Below are positions 1-8,516 of a stretch of 64,000 nt of DNA, one piece after another; the first letter of the stretch is position 1; each line of letters begins with the position of its first letter. The notes beneath the pieces were generated by a model. The model made no database searches and was not told the origin of the DNA. It saw only the letters and a list, made by a program, of their open reading frames with translations. The stretch lies in sequence record OZ196285.1; one strand, given 5' to 3'. Both the position numbers and the translations under genes were made by a program.

Positions 1-273
1 GATGCATGGGCAATTCGCGAGTCTCAACCTGGGTTTGACGTTGAATCGCTTGGCATGAACGTGTACATCACTGCGGGTTACGAAGACAAACATCGCCTTA
101 TGATTCGCTCAAGTGTTGTTACACTGAAGGAAATCGAGCGCGAATTCGGTCATATGCGTATCAACTCTCAAAAAGAAGCTGTTCATCGCAACAAAGCAAC
201 AATGATTGTTTCTGGTCTTTCTGTGAAAGAAATCGTCGATACAATTGAACAATTCAAAGTTCTTAGCAATTAA
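1..273 (+). CDS. Hypothetical protein, 5'-truncated by window edge
   Basis: Frame 1 is open from base 1 (DAWAIRESQPG...) to TAA at 271-273. Confidence 0.6.
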   Translation, partial: DAWAIRESQPGFDVESLGMNVYITAGYEDKHRLMIRSSVVTLKEIEREFGHMRINSQKEAVHRNKATMIVSGLSVKEIVDTIEQFKVLSN

Positions 274-308
274 TGTGAACTAAATCACAAAAAAGTAGCT
301 TTCGGGTA

Positions 309-337
309 TTGACTCTAACACAGTAATACCCGATAAT
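309..337 (+). promoter_or_regulatory. Sigma70-type early promoter
   Basis: TTGACT-17bp-GATAAT, followed by A/C-rich leader ending gagaacattATG. Confidence 0.75.
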
Positions 338-383
338 AGACACATCAAAACGAAACACACAAACTACTTAAAGCGAGAACATT

Positions 384-1190
384 ATGACAATCACTAAACA
401 AGAAATGACAGCAATCGCACTTGACCTTATGTCTGGTAACAACTTAATGCAACGTGACCTACTTGCTGAAGGTTGGGTATTTGGTTGGTCAACTCGCACT
501 GCTGCACTAGGTGATTGTTCATACCGCGATAAAGAGATTCGTCTTTCTTCAAAGTTTCTGAATGCACGTACTAAAGAAGAGCAAATCAACACAATCACTC
601 ACGAAATGGCTCACGCAATCGCATGGACTGATTTCAACGAACGTGGTCACGGTGCTATCTGGAAACGTGTTCATCGTCAACTTGGTGGTAATGCCGAGCG
701 TTGTTCAACAGTTAGCAACCCTGAAGCAGTTGAAAGCAAATACACGGTGTTCTTCATCAACGCTAACGACGAAATCGAAGTGATTCAAACAACTGAGCGT
801 ATGACTCGTAAGTTTCGCCCACAAAACATCAAAACACTATACTTGGGCCGCCGTAAAGCTGAAACTCAAGGTAAGATTCGCTGTGTAGCTACATCGACTT
901 TCAAATCAATCAAAGCTGATCATGAAGCATCTAAAGCATCTAAAGCTGCTCCCGTTGCTGCACCTGCTCCTAAGAAAGTAGAAAAGAAAGCTGCACCTGC
1001 TAAGAAAACAACTGCACGTGGTGAAGCTGCACGACGCGAAATCGAAGCACATGTAACAGCAACAATGGGCTTCTCAAACGTATCATTCGAACAGCGTGGC
1101 AAGTACAAAGACTGGTACATCACTGCAACAGTAAACGGTAACATGTTTGAGCAACGTCTAGACGCATTCAAAAAGAAAAACGGTTTATAA
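384..1190 (+). CDS. SprT-like zinc metalloprotease with Ala/Lys/Pro-rich linker
   Basis: THEMAH (HExxH) followed by GHGAIWKRV, the SprT signature. Confidence 0.85.
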   Translation: MTITKQEMTAIALDLMSGNNLMQRDLLAEGWVFGWSTRTAALGDCSYRDKEIRLSSKFLNARTKEEQINTITHEMAHAIAWTDFNERGHGAIWKRVHRQLGGNAERCSTVSNPEAVESKYTVFFINANDEIEVIQTTERMTRKFRPQNIKTLYLGRRKAETQGKIRCVATSTFKSIKADHEASKASKAAPVAAPAPKKVEKKAAPAKKTTARGEAARREIEAHVTATMGFSNVSFEQRGKYKDWYITATVNGNMFEQRLDAFKKKNGL

Positions 1191-1208
1191 GATTTACGAG
1201 TAGAGCAT

Positions 1209-1229
1209 AGCCCCGAAAGGGGCTTTTTT
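1209..1229 (+). terminator. Rho-independent terminator
   Basis: AGCCCC-GAAA-GGGGCT followed by T-run. Confidence 0.85.
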
Positions 1230-1251
1230 AGGTTTGAGGCTCGAAAATTGG

Positions 1252-1308
1252 GCATCATCTTAGTAGAATTAGTGCTCTTAGTGATATTAGAGTAATTAGG
1301 AGTATTAG
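1252..1308. repeat. TTAG-N5 tandem array, copy 1 (6 units, 9-bp period)
   Basis: TTAG at 1260, 1269, 1278, 1287, 1296, 1305; 23-bp GCATCATCTTAGTAGAATTAGTG identical to 44423-44445. Confidence 0.9.
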
Positions 1309-1337
1309 TTTAACGCACCCCGTATCTGTCATATAAT
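1309..1337 (+). promoter_or_regulatory. Candidate promoter of the GTTTAAC class
   Basis: TTTAAC-17bp-TATAAT; same layout at about 5347, 14785, 25102. Confidence 0.55.
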
Positions 1338-1357
1338 AGATGTCGAGGTGATGAACA

Positions 1358-1597
1358 ATGATAACAATCTATACAATTCCTAACTGTGACGGCTGCCGTC
1401 ACGCCATTTCCCTCTGTAAGTTCAAGAAAATTCCATTCGAAGAAATCGTCATACAGTCTCAAGCTGACATCGACAAGCTTCATATTAAACTAGGTGGAGT
1501 GCGCAACGTTCGCGTACCATTAGCGATGCATGGCGACGTTTACATCGGGCATCTGCCAGAGCTTAAACGTTACGTTGATAGCAAGCTGTATAAATAA
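1358..1597 (+). CDS. Glutaredoxin (NrdC/NrdH-like)
   Basis: 79 aa; IYTIPNCDGC (CxxC), VPL motif, YIG near C-terminus. Confidence 0.85.
   Translation: MITIYTIPNCDGCRHAISLCKFKKIPFEEIVIQSQADIDKLHIKLGGVRNVRVPLAMHGDVYIGHLPELKRYVDSKLYK
1589..1596 (+). promoter_or_regulatory. T4-type late promoter
   Basis: Exact TATAAATA 59 nt upstream of the gp24-like ORF. Confidence 0.8.
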
Positions 1598-1654
1598 AGT
1601 AAATCAAGTACATTCTTCCGCTGAAATGCGGCAATAAATTAAAGGAACGAACAA

Positions 1655-2554
1655 ATGACTGTATCTATCGGTAACGGTTTACCAGACATTGTGGCAGTTC
1701 AGAAAAAGCTTTATCCGTTGATTTTTACGGACATCGTTTCAGAACAACCAACAAAACAACCAATCGCAACTGCATATGGATTCAAAGCGTCTGAAGACAC
1801 TGACGATTCAAGTGATTGGAAAGCATTCAAGTTTACACTAGACCGCTGGGCAGCTAAAGTCGAATCGACAAAGCTAAAAACTGAAATTTCATTAGAAACT
1901 ATTCAAGACCTTGAAGCTCTTGGGTTGAGTGTCGACCTAATCACTGAGTCACTTGCTGATCAAGTCGCTGATGACATCAACACAACAATCGTAGAATCGT
2001 TGAACGCGATTTCTTCTATTGGCACTGCGTTCGATGTATCGACTATCACTAATGACTTCGACAAAGGTCGTGAGCTTTACGCTAAACTGCATAAAGAATC
2101 ATCGGCTATCGAAAAATCAACGGGCTGTCAAGCTTCTTACGTGATTGCGGGTACTGATTCATTCGGCTTGCTAATCGGTTCAGGTATGGCAAAGCGCGTG
2201 ACTGACACGAACTTATACGTTCTTGATTCGGGTATGAAGTTGGTGCACGATAAATATGCAACCTCTGAATATATCACAATTGGCGTTAAAAAGCCAATGG
2301 GTGATTACGAAATTTCAAGTTTAATCTTCAGTCCGTACAACTTTGATGGTGATGTAGATAGCGGTATTGCTTATCAGCATCTTGGTATGGATCCTAAGTC
2401 ATTTCACCCAGTGTTTGGTCTAATTGCACGATTTGCACTGACTGTATCACCGCTTGGTGTTGATCAAACTGGCGTACATGAAATCGATTGGGACAATCTT
2501 GGTGATTTAGCAAACAGCTCGAAATTGTCTTACACTCACGCAGTAACTGTATAA
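1655..2554 (+). CDS. 24: Capsid vertex protein gp24-like (gp23/gp24 fold)
   Basis: LYPLIFTDIVSEQPTKQPIATAYGFK resembles the gp23/24 'DI.GVQP..P' motif; late promoter upstream. Confidence 0.7.
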   Translation: MTVSIGNGLPDIVAVQKKLYPLIFTDIVSEQPTKQPIATAYGFKASEDTDDSSDWKAFKFTLDRWAAKVESTKLKTEISLETIQDLEALGLSVDLITESLADQVADDINTTIVESLNAISSIGTAFDVSTITNDFDKGRELYAKLHKESSAIEKSTGCQASYVIAGTDSFGLLIGSGMAKRVTDTNLYVLDSGMKLVHDKYATSEYITIGVKKPMGDYEISSLIFSPYNFDGDVDSGIAYQHLGMDPKSFHPVFGLIARFALTVSPLGVDQTGVHEIDWDNLGDLANSSKLSYTHAVTV

Positions 2555-2562
2555 GGTGTAAC

Positions 2563-3084
2563 ATGAAAACTCATTATGTAGATAATAAAGCTCTATACGC
2601 ATCACTTTGCGTGTGGAAAGAAGAAATGAAGAATGCTGAAGAGGGCGTGTTTGTACCCGTTCCTGATTTCGTAGCATCGAGCATCATGAAGATCAGCGAG
2701 AATTTAACTCGTCGTTACAACTTCAGTGGGTACACTGCAACGTGGAAAGAAGAAATGGTTGGTGATGCTATTGAGCACTGCCTACGCTATGTTAAGAACT
2801 TCGACACGGAAAAGTACAAAAACCCGCACGCATATATCACACGTATCTGTTTCAATGCATTTGTTCAGCGCATTAAGAAAGAACGTCAAGATACAGCGAT
2901 TAAATATAAAGTATTCTTATCCGACTCATCGAACTACGCGGTTGAGGGTGAAGAGACTGATTTTGACTTCCTACAGCAAATGCTTGAACGTGTGAACTCA
3001 TACGATGAGTCACGCAAATCGAATAAGTCGCCGGTCGCAGACGGGAAACAAGAAACTCTTAACTTACAAAAATTTTACGATTAA
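2563..3084 (+). CDS. 55: Late-transcription sigma factor gp55
   Basis: HYVDNK, RYNFSGYT..WKEEMVGDAIE, NFD...KNPHAYIT.ICFNAFVQRIKKE. Confidence 0.97.
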   Translation: MKTHYVDNKALYASLCVWKEEMKNAEEGVFVPVPDFVASSIMKISENLTRRYNFSGYTATWKEEMVGDAIEHCLRYVKNFDTEKYKNPHAYITRICFNAFVQRIKKERQDTAIKYKVFLSDSSNYAVEGEETDFDFLQQMLERVNSYDESRKSNKSPVADGKQETLNLQKFYD

Positions 3085-3093
3085 GGAATTAAC

Positions 3094-4539
3094 ATGATTG
3101 GTAACTTTGACTCATTCTTGAGTGAAAACAGCCGCCAAACGAAGAGTGGTAAAATCTACCCTAAGTTTGGTCAAGTGTTTGTTGAATTGGGGCTTGCACC
3201 GACTGAATTCAGCAAAGACAAAGGCGTAGAAACATCTATCGCGATGATGCGTGAAGCTAACGAGCTGAACGCTACATTGCGCAACAAACTCGTCGAAGAT
3301 GTTAGCATTGACAGCGACAACTTTGACATGAACCTTAGCGAAAACGTTTCCGCTGTAAACATGTTGATGGAAAATGAATTTCTGTCAGTTAAGCCAACTG
3401 ATCTTGCTCAACTGAAATCAATGATTCTGTGCAGTGAAGCGCGTCGTCCTAGCCTTGTTATCAAGGGAGGTGAACTTAACGACATCGTAACTGAAGCAAC
3501 TAAGCTGGGTTATAGTAAGCGTGACATTCACGTCGTGTTTAACATGAACGAAATGAAAGTTGAATTCGCCGACACTGAGAAGCTTGTAATCGAGCGTATG
3601 ACGTTTGATAAGAACACAGCGACTGAGACACTAGCAATGGCATCTACGCTTAATCTAGGTGACGTATACATCACAAGCGAATCGGTTCAGTCTAAAGCTG
3701 AACTTGTTGGCGTTAATGAGATCAAAATCAAGTCGGGTTCTCGCGGCATGACTCTTGGTGCTCTTAATCGTCATGTAATGAGCTGTCTTGTTGTTGCCGA
3801 ATCAGCAGAATCGAGCTTCGTTCCGTCTGGTCGTGCTGACACTGGTCTGCCAATGCTCGAAGGCTTCAAAGCATACGAATTGAAACCGAACGTAACAATG
3901 ATTGAGCACGCACAAAACGCGTTCAGTAAAGACATTGTTGATGCTCCGCTGAATTCAGTCGCATGGGAAAAACTTCAAGCAGTAAACGAAGTTTATTTCG
4001 GCAATGGATGGAAACTGAAGCATGATTCGAGAAATCTTGTGCTGACTGAAGCTGTTAACGCGATGCGTGCCGGTCGCGAGTGTCAAGAATATCGCATCGA
4101 ATTGTCTGAAGCAGGTTATCCACTTCTTGATCTAATCGCGATGATGGAACGCAGCGAGTCAACTCGTTGGTCATGTGAAGCACTAGCCGAAGCGATTTTG
4201 AATTTTGATGGATGCGTAACACCAGAACGCCAAGTAATCAAGGCGTATAACACTGTTGTTGAGTCAAATCGCGTATTTCACCCACGCATTATGTCTGAAC
4301 TTCGTCCTGTTACTGAAGCAGTGAATGACGTTGACAGCTTGATTCGTGCGGTAGCGAACGATCAGTTCAAATCATTCAAGATTGGTCAGTCATTCGCTGA
4401 AACAATGCTTGATAAAGAAACAATTTACTCGATGATGAATCACATTGTTGAGAACGGTATCGATGTTAATGTCGATGGCGATATGGTTGAGTTCAAAGTT
4501 AACGCCACGAACTACAACATCATTTTTGACATCAAATAA
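3094..4539 (+). CDS. Hypothetical 481-aa protein, candidate internal head/processed virion protein
   Basis: N-term MIGNFDSFLSE resembles the T4 capsid-targeting sequence; many (L/I/V)-x-E sites. Confidence 0.55.
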   Translation: MIGNFDSFLSENSRQTKSGKIYPKFGQVFVELGLAPTEFSKDKGVETSIAMMREANELNATLRNKLVEDVSIDSDNFDMNLSENVSAVNMLMENEFLSVKPTDLAQLKSMILCSEARRPSLVIKGGELNDIVTEATKLGYSKRDIHVVFNMNEMKVEFADTEKLVIERMTFDKNTATETLAMASTLNLGDVYITSESVQSKAELVGVNEIKIKSGSRGMTLGALNRHVMSCLVVAESAESSFVPSGRADTGLPMLEGFKAYELKPNVTMIEHAQNAFSKDIVDAPLNSVAWEKLQAVNEVYFGNGWKLKHDSRNLVLTEAVNAMRAGRECQEYRIELSEAGYPLLDLIAMMERSESTRWSCEALAEAILNFDGCVTPERQVIKAYNTVVESNRVFHPRIMSELRPVTEAVNDVDSLIRAVANDQFKSFKIGQSFAETMLDKETIYSMMNHIVENGIDVNVDGDMVEFKVNATNYNIIFDIK

Positions 4540-4548
4540 GAGGCGATC

Positions 4549-5274
4549 ATGAGTAAGAAATTCGATGTTTTCATGGAATCAATTACGCCAGTAGCTGAAG
4601 GCGCAGCGGGTCAATACCCCGCTCCGTTTGACTATGCGTTCCATACATTCACATTAGATTCGAAGTTCACCTCTGCTGCAACTTCAATCAACAACAAAGT
4701 AAACGTTAACTTCTTGAAAGCAGTTAAGCAGCATTTCGCGCCAGGTTCTACAGTCATCGATTACGGTGCGGGTAAGTACGGTCGTGTTGCTAATGAGCTT
4801 CGTGAAATGGGTTACAAAGTATTCGCATACGACCCATTCAACGGTAAAGCAGGTGCTGATGGTTGGACTGAAGTGTCTAAGTCACTGCCTAGCGGTATCA
4901 AGTTTGAACATGGCTTCAGTTCGTTCGTATTGAACGTTGTTGATGCTGACATTCAGAATCACATCGTGAAAGAAGTTGAGAGCTACGTTACCGGTAAGAT
5001 CATTCACATCGTACGTGGGGCTGATATCGTACCAACAGTTCAGAACGTGCTAAGTGGTAAAAGCAAAAACCCATACATCATGGGCTATGTTGAGCTACAC
5101 CACCCCGATCTTCTTCAGAAGATTGTTAACGGTAAAGCGACTAAAGAAGACGCTAAATGGCTATCAGTTAATGGTACAGCAACGAAAGTTGACTCGTTTC
5201 AACGTTGGCCAGACCTTGCAGACATGGGCTATAAGAAGTCAGGTCCTGCGGGCGCTACAATCTGGGTAAAATAA
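4549..5274 (+). CDS. Class I SAM-dependent methyltransferase with CTS-like N-terminus
   Basis: VIDYGAGKYG (motif I), FAYDPF (motif II), FSSFVLNVV (motif IV-like). Confidence 0.75.
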   Translation: MSKKFDVFMESITPVAEGAAGQYPAPFDYAFHTFTLDSKFTSAATSINNKVNVNFLKAVKQHFAPGSTVIDYGAGKYGRVANELREMGYKVFAYDPFNGKAGADGWTEVSKSLPSGIKFEHGFSSFVLNVVDADIQNHIVKEVESYVTGKIIHIVRGADIVPTVQNVLSGKSKNPYIMGYVELHHPDLLQKIVNGKATKEDAKWLSVNGTATKVDSFQRWPDLADMGYKKSGPAGATIWVK

Positions 5275-5280
5275 TTAAAC

Positions 5281-5332
5281 AAAAGGGTTGCTTCGGCAAC
5301 CCTTTTCTGTTTTAATAGCTCTATCGAAACGA
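5281..5332 (+). promoter_or_regulatory. Stem-loop/promoter cassette (PeSL-like), copy 1
   Basis: AAAAGGGTTGC-TTCG-GCAACCCTTTT with TTGCTT in the stem, then AGCTCTATCGAAAC; near-identical at 19991 and 49569. Confidence 0.8.
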
Positions 5333-5401
5333 AACGACGAAAAAAGTTTAACGCTTAAACAATATACATTATACTAGCATTTCATTGAGAGAGATTACAT
5401 T

Positions 5402-5896
5402 ATGAACTACATTCAAATTTCTGACATTCTATCTGACGACACTCTAGCATTCAGCCTAGCAGGTGCGCCACGTATCGACACTCTTCCTGAAGATGAGCGC
5501 AACAACGTGCTCAACAAAGCAGTCGAAATCTCATTGTATGAGCGTATGCCATCAACTGCGGTTCTCGACTTTCTAATTGCAAGCGGCATAGACTTCATCG
5601 GTATTTTAAGCGATGTCGAAGCAATTGCTATGCAGCAATCTGTGTGGTTAGAAGCAATCTCAAAACACAACAAAATCGACATCAAGTACACTGCAATGTC
5701 AGACGTTGAATTCGGGCGCGATTCACTAACAAGTGAAAGCAATCTACTGATTTGTGCTGATCGTAAAGAACTGACTCGTCATGCACTTGGTGGTGGTCGT
5801 ATGTTGCCTTTCTCAACTGAGACACAATTCGAATTTATCATTGAACAACTGACTAACGCACAAGCAGGTGATTATGCAACCCCAGACGCTAAATAA
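5402..5896 (+). CDS. Hypothetical protein
   Basis: 164-aa ORF with RBS, after GTTTAAC-class promoter. Confidence 0.7.
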   Translation: MNYIQISDILSDDTLAFSLAGAPRIDTLPEDERNNVLNKAVEISLYERMPSTAVLDFLIASGIDFIGILSDVEAIAMQQSVWLEAISKHNKIDIKYTAMSDVEFGRDSLTSESNLLICADRKELTRHALGGGRMLPFSTETQFEFIIEQLTNAQAGDYATPDAK

Positions 5897-6296
5897 CGAC
5901 AACGATATCATGGACATTGTTTCTGCAATGAGTGTTCGTGAAGTAGCAGAAATGCTCAGTAAACAAGCAGAAACTGAAGAAGAACGCACTGCGATTCAAG
6001 AAATGGCAGCCGCTCATCGACAGCATGAAATCGAGAAAGAGGCAAATCGTCGTGTTCGTAAGAACAAACGTGAGATTGCTCGTCTACGTAAACATGCTGA
6101 AGCTTGTCTGTTCAGTGAGAACAAAGAAGGCTACATATACGCAATCGGTAAGCTACGTGAATTCACTGGCAACCCTGTTAGTCGCGATGTGCTTGAAACG
6201 CTGTGGGAAACAAGCCATGAACAAGTAGTGAAAATCGCTACGTCATTCGCTGAAGCTAAGGCAAACTTGCCTGAGGGTCAGAACTTTAGTCAATAG
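5868..6296 (+). CDS. T4 a-gt.4-like conserved protein (true start may be ~5910)
   Basis: VRKNKREIARLRKHAE....ENKEGYIYAI.KLR...LWET resembles a-gt.4; syntenic between 55 and 47. Confidence 0.65.
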   Translation: MIMQPQTLNNDNDIMDIVSAMSVREVAEMLSKQAETEEERTAIQEMAAAHRQHEIEKEANRRVRKNKREIARLRKHAEACLFSENKEGYIYAIGKLREFTGNPVSRDVLETLWETSHEQVVKIATSFAEAKANLPEGQNFSQ

Positions 6297-6303
6297 GTAT
6301 TAA

Positions 6304-6753
6304 ATGAACATTAAATCTGGTGCTGGTTATCCAGCCAGTGCTTTGTCTAACTTTGCACCTCACCCGTTCGTCGTTGATGGCGTCGAATGTGCGTCGATGG
6401 AAGGCTTTCTTCAGAGTCTGAAGTTTAGTAACCCTGCTGTACAGCGTCAAGTTTGTTCGCTTGTTGGTAAAGTCGCGAAATCGCGTGGTGCAAAGAAAAA
6501 CTGGCAACGCACGCAAACATTGTATTGGAAAGGCAATCCTATTCACCGCACTTCTCGTGGTTATCAAACGCTGTTAGACGACGCGTACCTTGCACTGAGC
6601 AAGAACGATAAGTTCAGGCGTGCTCTTATTGCGACTGGCAATGCTACTCTAACGCACTCTATCGGGCGAAAGAAACAATCTGAGACCGTTCTAACGGTTC
6701 AAGAGTTTTGCAGTCGTCTGCACACGCTGAGGGATCATTATTATGCGAGTTAA
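6304..6753 (+). CDS. Phage NADAR family protein (T4 gp30.3-like)
   Basis: ALSNFAPHPFVVDG....SMEGFLQSLK, TLYWKG, L.HS, TILT-like VLTVQEF. Confidence 0.8.
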   Translation: MNIKSGAGYPASALSNFAPHPFVVDGVECASMEGFLQSLKFSNPAVQRQVCSLVGKVAKSRGAKKNWQRTQTLYWKGNPIHRTSRGYQTLLDDAYLALSKNDKFRRALIATGNATLTHSIGRKKQSETVLTVQEFCSRLHTLRDHYYAS

Positions 6754-7249
6754 TGCAGTAAAATTGATGCTTCAGTCGATTTTCGCGGCTGGCAAACAAG
6801 AAAAGCCGATTCTGTACTTCGATATGGACAATGTTCTTGTCGATTTTCAGTCTGGTATTGACTCTCTCAGCCTATGGGAGCGAAATCAATACGACGGTAA
6901 GTTCGATGAGTGCCCAGGTATTTTCGCTCAAATGCGACCGTTCGTCGGTGCAATTGCTGCATGGACTTTGTTGAACAAGCACTTCGATTGCTATATACTG
7001 TCTACTGCGCCTTGGGACAATCCTGGTGCATGGATGGACAAACGACTGTGGGTTGAGCGTTATCTAGGCGCAGATGCTAAAAAACGTTTGATTTTGTCAC
7101 ACAACAAGAACTTGAACTTTGGTCATTATCTGATTGATGACCGCACTGCTAATGGTGCAGGTGAGTTCATGGGCGAACATATTCATTTCGGTACTGACGA
7201 ATACCCTGATTGGGGTTCGGTCGTTCAGTATCTTTTGAGGAAAATTTAA
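6743..7249 (+). CDS. 5'(3')-deoxyribonucleotidase (NT5C, HAD family)
   Basis: LYFDMDNVLVDF, ILSTAPW, LIDDR. Confidence 0.9.
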   Translation: MRVNAVKLMLQSIFAAGKQEKPILYFDMDNVLVDFQSGIDSLSLWERNQYDGKFDECPGIFAQMRPFVGAIAAWTLLNKHFDCYILSTAPWDNPGAWMDKRLWVERYLGADAKKRLILSHNKNLNFGHYLIDDRTANGAGEFMGEHIHFGTDEYPDWGSVVQYLLRKI

Positions 7250-8289
7250 TGGCATTAGTTGCACTATTAGGAGACTTGCATATCGGTCAGCGAGACGACG
7301 ATATGTGGGTCCAATCCTATCAAAAGAAATTCTTTCAGTTCATGGTAGATGAGCTTGAAGAGCGAGGCATAAAGCAGATTATACAACTAGGCGACTGGTT
7401 TGATGTGCGACGTGGCGCAACTCAAGAAACTTTGATGTTTCAGCGTACGTTCTTGAATGACTTACTCAAGCCATACGACACGCACGTTCTAGTCGGTAAC
7501 CATGACATGCACATGCGTGAGCATATCGTACCGAACACTCCTTACGAAGTTCTGAGCTTATTGCCGAACATGACGATCTACGAAAAGCCGACAACTGTTG
7601 ACTTTGGTGGCGTTAAAATCGACATTATCCCTTGGATTTGTAAAGAGAACTCGAAAGAGATCGGTGAATTCATCGACGCGTCAACAAGCGAATACTGTGT
7701 AGGTCACTTTGAACTAAACGGTTACTTGTTTGCTCGTGGTCAGAAATCAACTGGTATCGATGCGGGCTTCTTGAAGAAATACAAGCAAGTTTGGTCTGGT
7801 CACTTTCACACTCAGTCTGAAGCAGGTAACGTGCAGTATCTTGGTACTCCTTACACGCTGACGCTTGCCGATGCTGATGACAAACGTGGTTTCTTTATCT
7901 TCGATACTGAGACTCATGAACTTGAGTTCGTAGAAAACCCTGATTGTTGGCACACGAAGCTGTATTACGATGCAAACACGTTTGACCCTGCGACTATTGA
8001 AAGTTACGCAGACAAGAACGTCAAAATCATCGTAAATCGACGCTCAAGCGACTCTAACAACATTTCGTTTGATGTGGTTGAAGAACGTATCGCTTCTATC
8101 GCTCATGCGTGTCAGACGCTCGATGAGCTTGATATCGTGGCTGATATAGCTGACGGTGTTAAAGACATCAAAGATATCGACGACTACGTTGGTGAGTATG
8201 CAGATACGCTTGAAGAATCGACTGATGTCAAAGAGCAAGTGAAGGCGATCTTCTCTTCTCTACGTGCTGAAGCGTTGGAGAATTCGTAA
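7249..8289 (+). CDS. 47: Recombination endonuclease subunit gp47 (Mre11-like); ATG at 7249
   Basis: GDLHIG, LGDWFD, VGNHD, GHFE, GHFH metallophosphoesterase motifs; TAATG coupling. Confidence 0.95.
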   Translation: MALVALLGDLHIGQRDDDMWVQSYQKKFFQFMVDELEERGIKQIIQLGDWFDVRRGATQETLMFQRTFLNDLLKPYDTHVLVGNHDMHMREHIVPNTPYEVLSLLPNMTIYEKPTTVDFGGVKIDIIPWICKENSKEIGEFIDASTSEYCVGHFELNGYLFARGQKSTGIDAGFLKKYKQVWSGHFHTQSEAGNVQYLGTPYTLTLADADDKRGFFIFDTETHELEFVENPDCWHTKLYYDANTFDPATIESYADKNVKIIVNRRSSDSNNISFDVVEERIASIAHACQTLDELDIVADIADGVKDIKDIDDYVGEYADTLEESTDVKEQVKAIFSSLRAEALENS

Positions 8290-8516
8290 TGGCTGATTTG
8301 AAACCTTGTAAAGTATGCGGTCTGCCGCCCCATGTAATGGAAACTAACATTCATGCACATGGCACGGCATTTCGTGGTTGGGTTGTTGAGTGTACATTCG
8401 ACGACGAAGATCACCGAAATCCTCCGAAAGTACCGCCATTCGTCGATCATTCGTTAGAAGTTTACGGTGCTACTGAAAAAGAAGCAACTGAACGTTGGGA
8501 GCAACTAAATGATTAA
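8289..8516 (+). CDS. Small Zn-finger protein, Lar-like N-terminus
   Basis: LKPCKVCG...WVVEC. Confidence 0.5.
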   Translation: MADLKPCKVCGLPPHVMETNIHAHGTAFRGWVVECTFDDEDHRNPPKVPPFVDHSLEVYGATEKEATERWEQLND

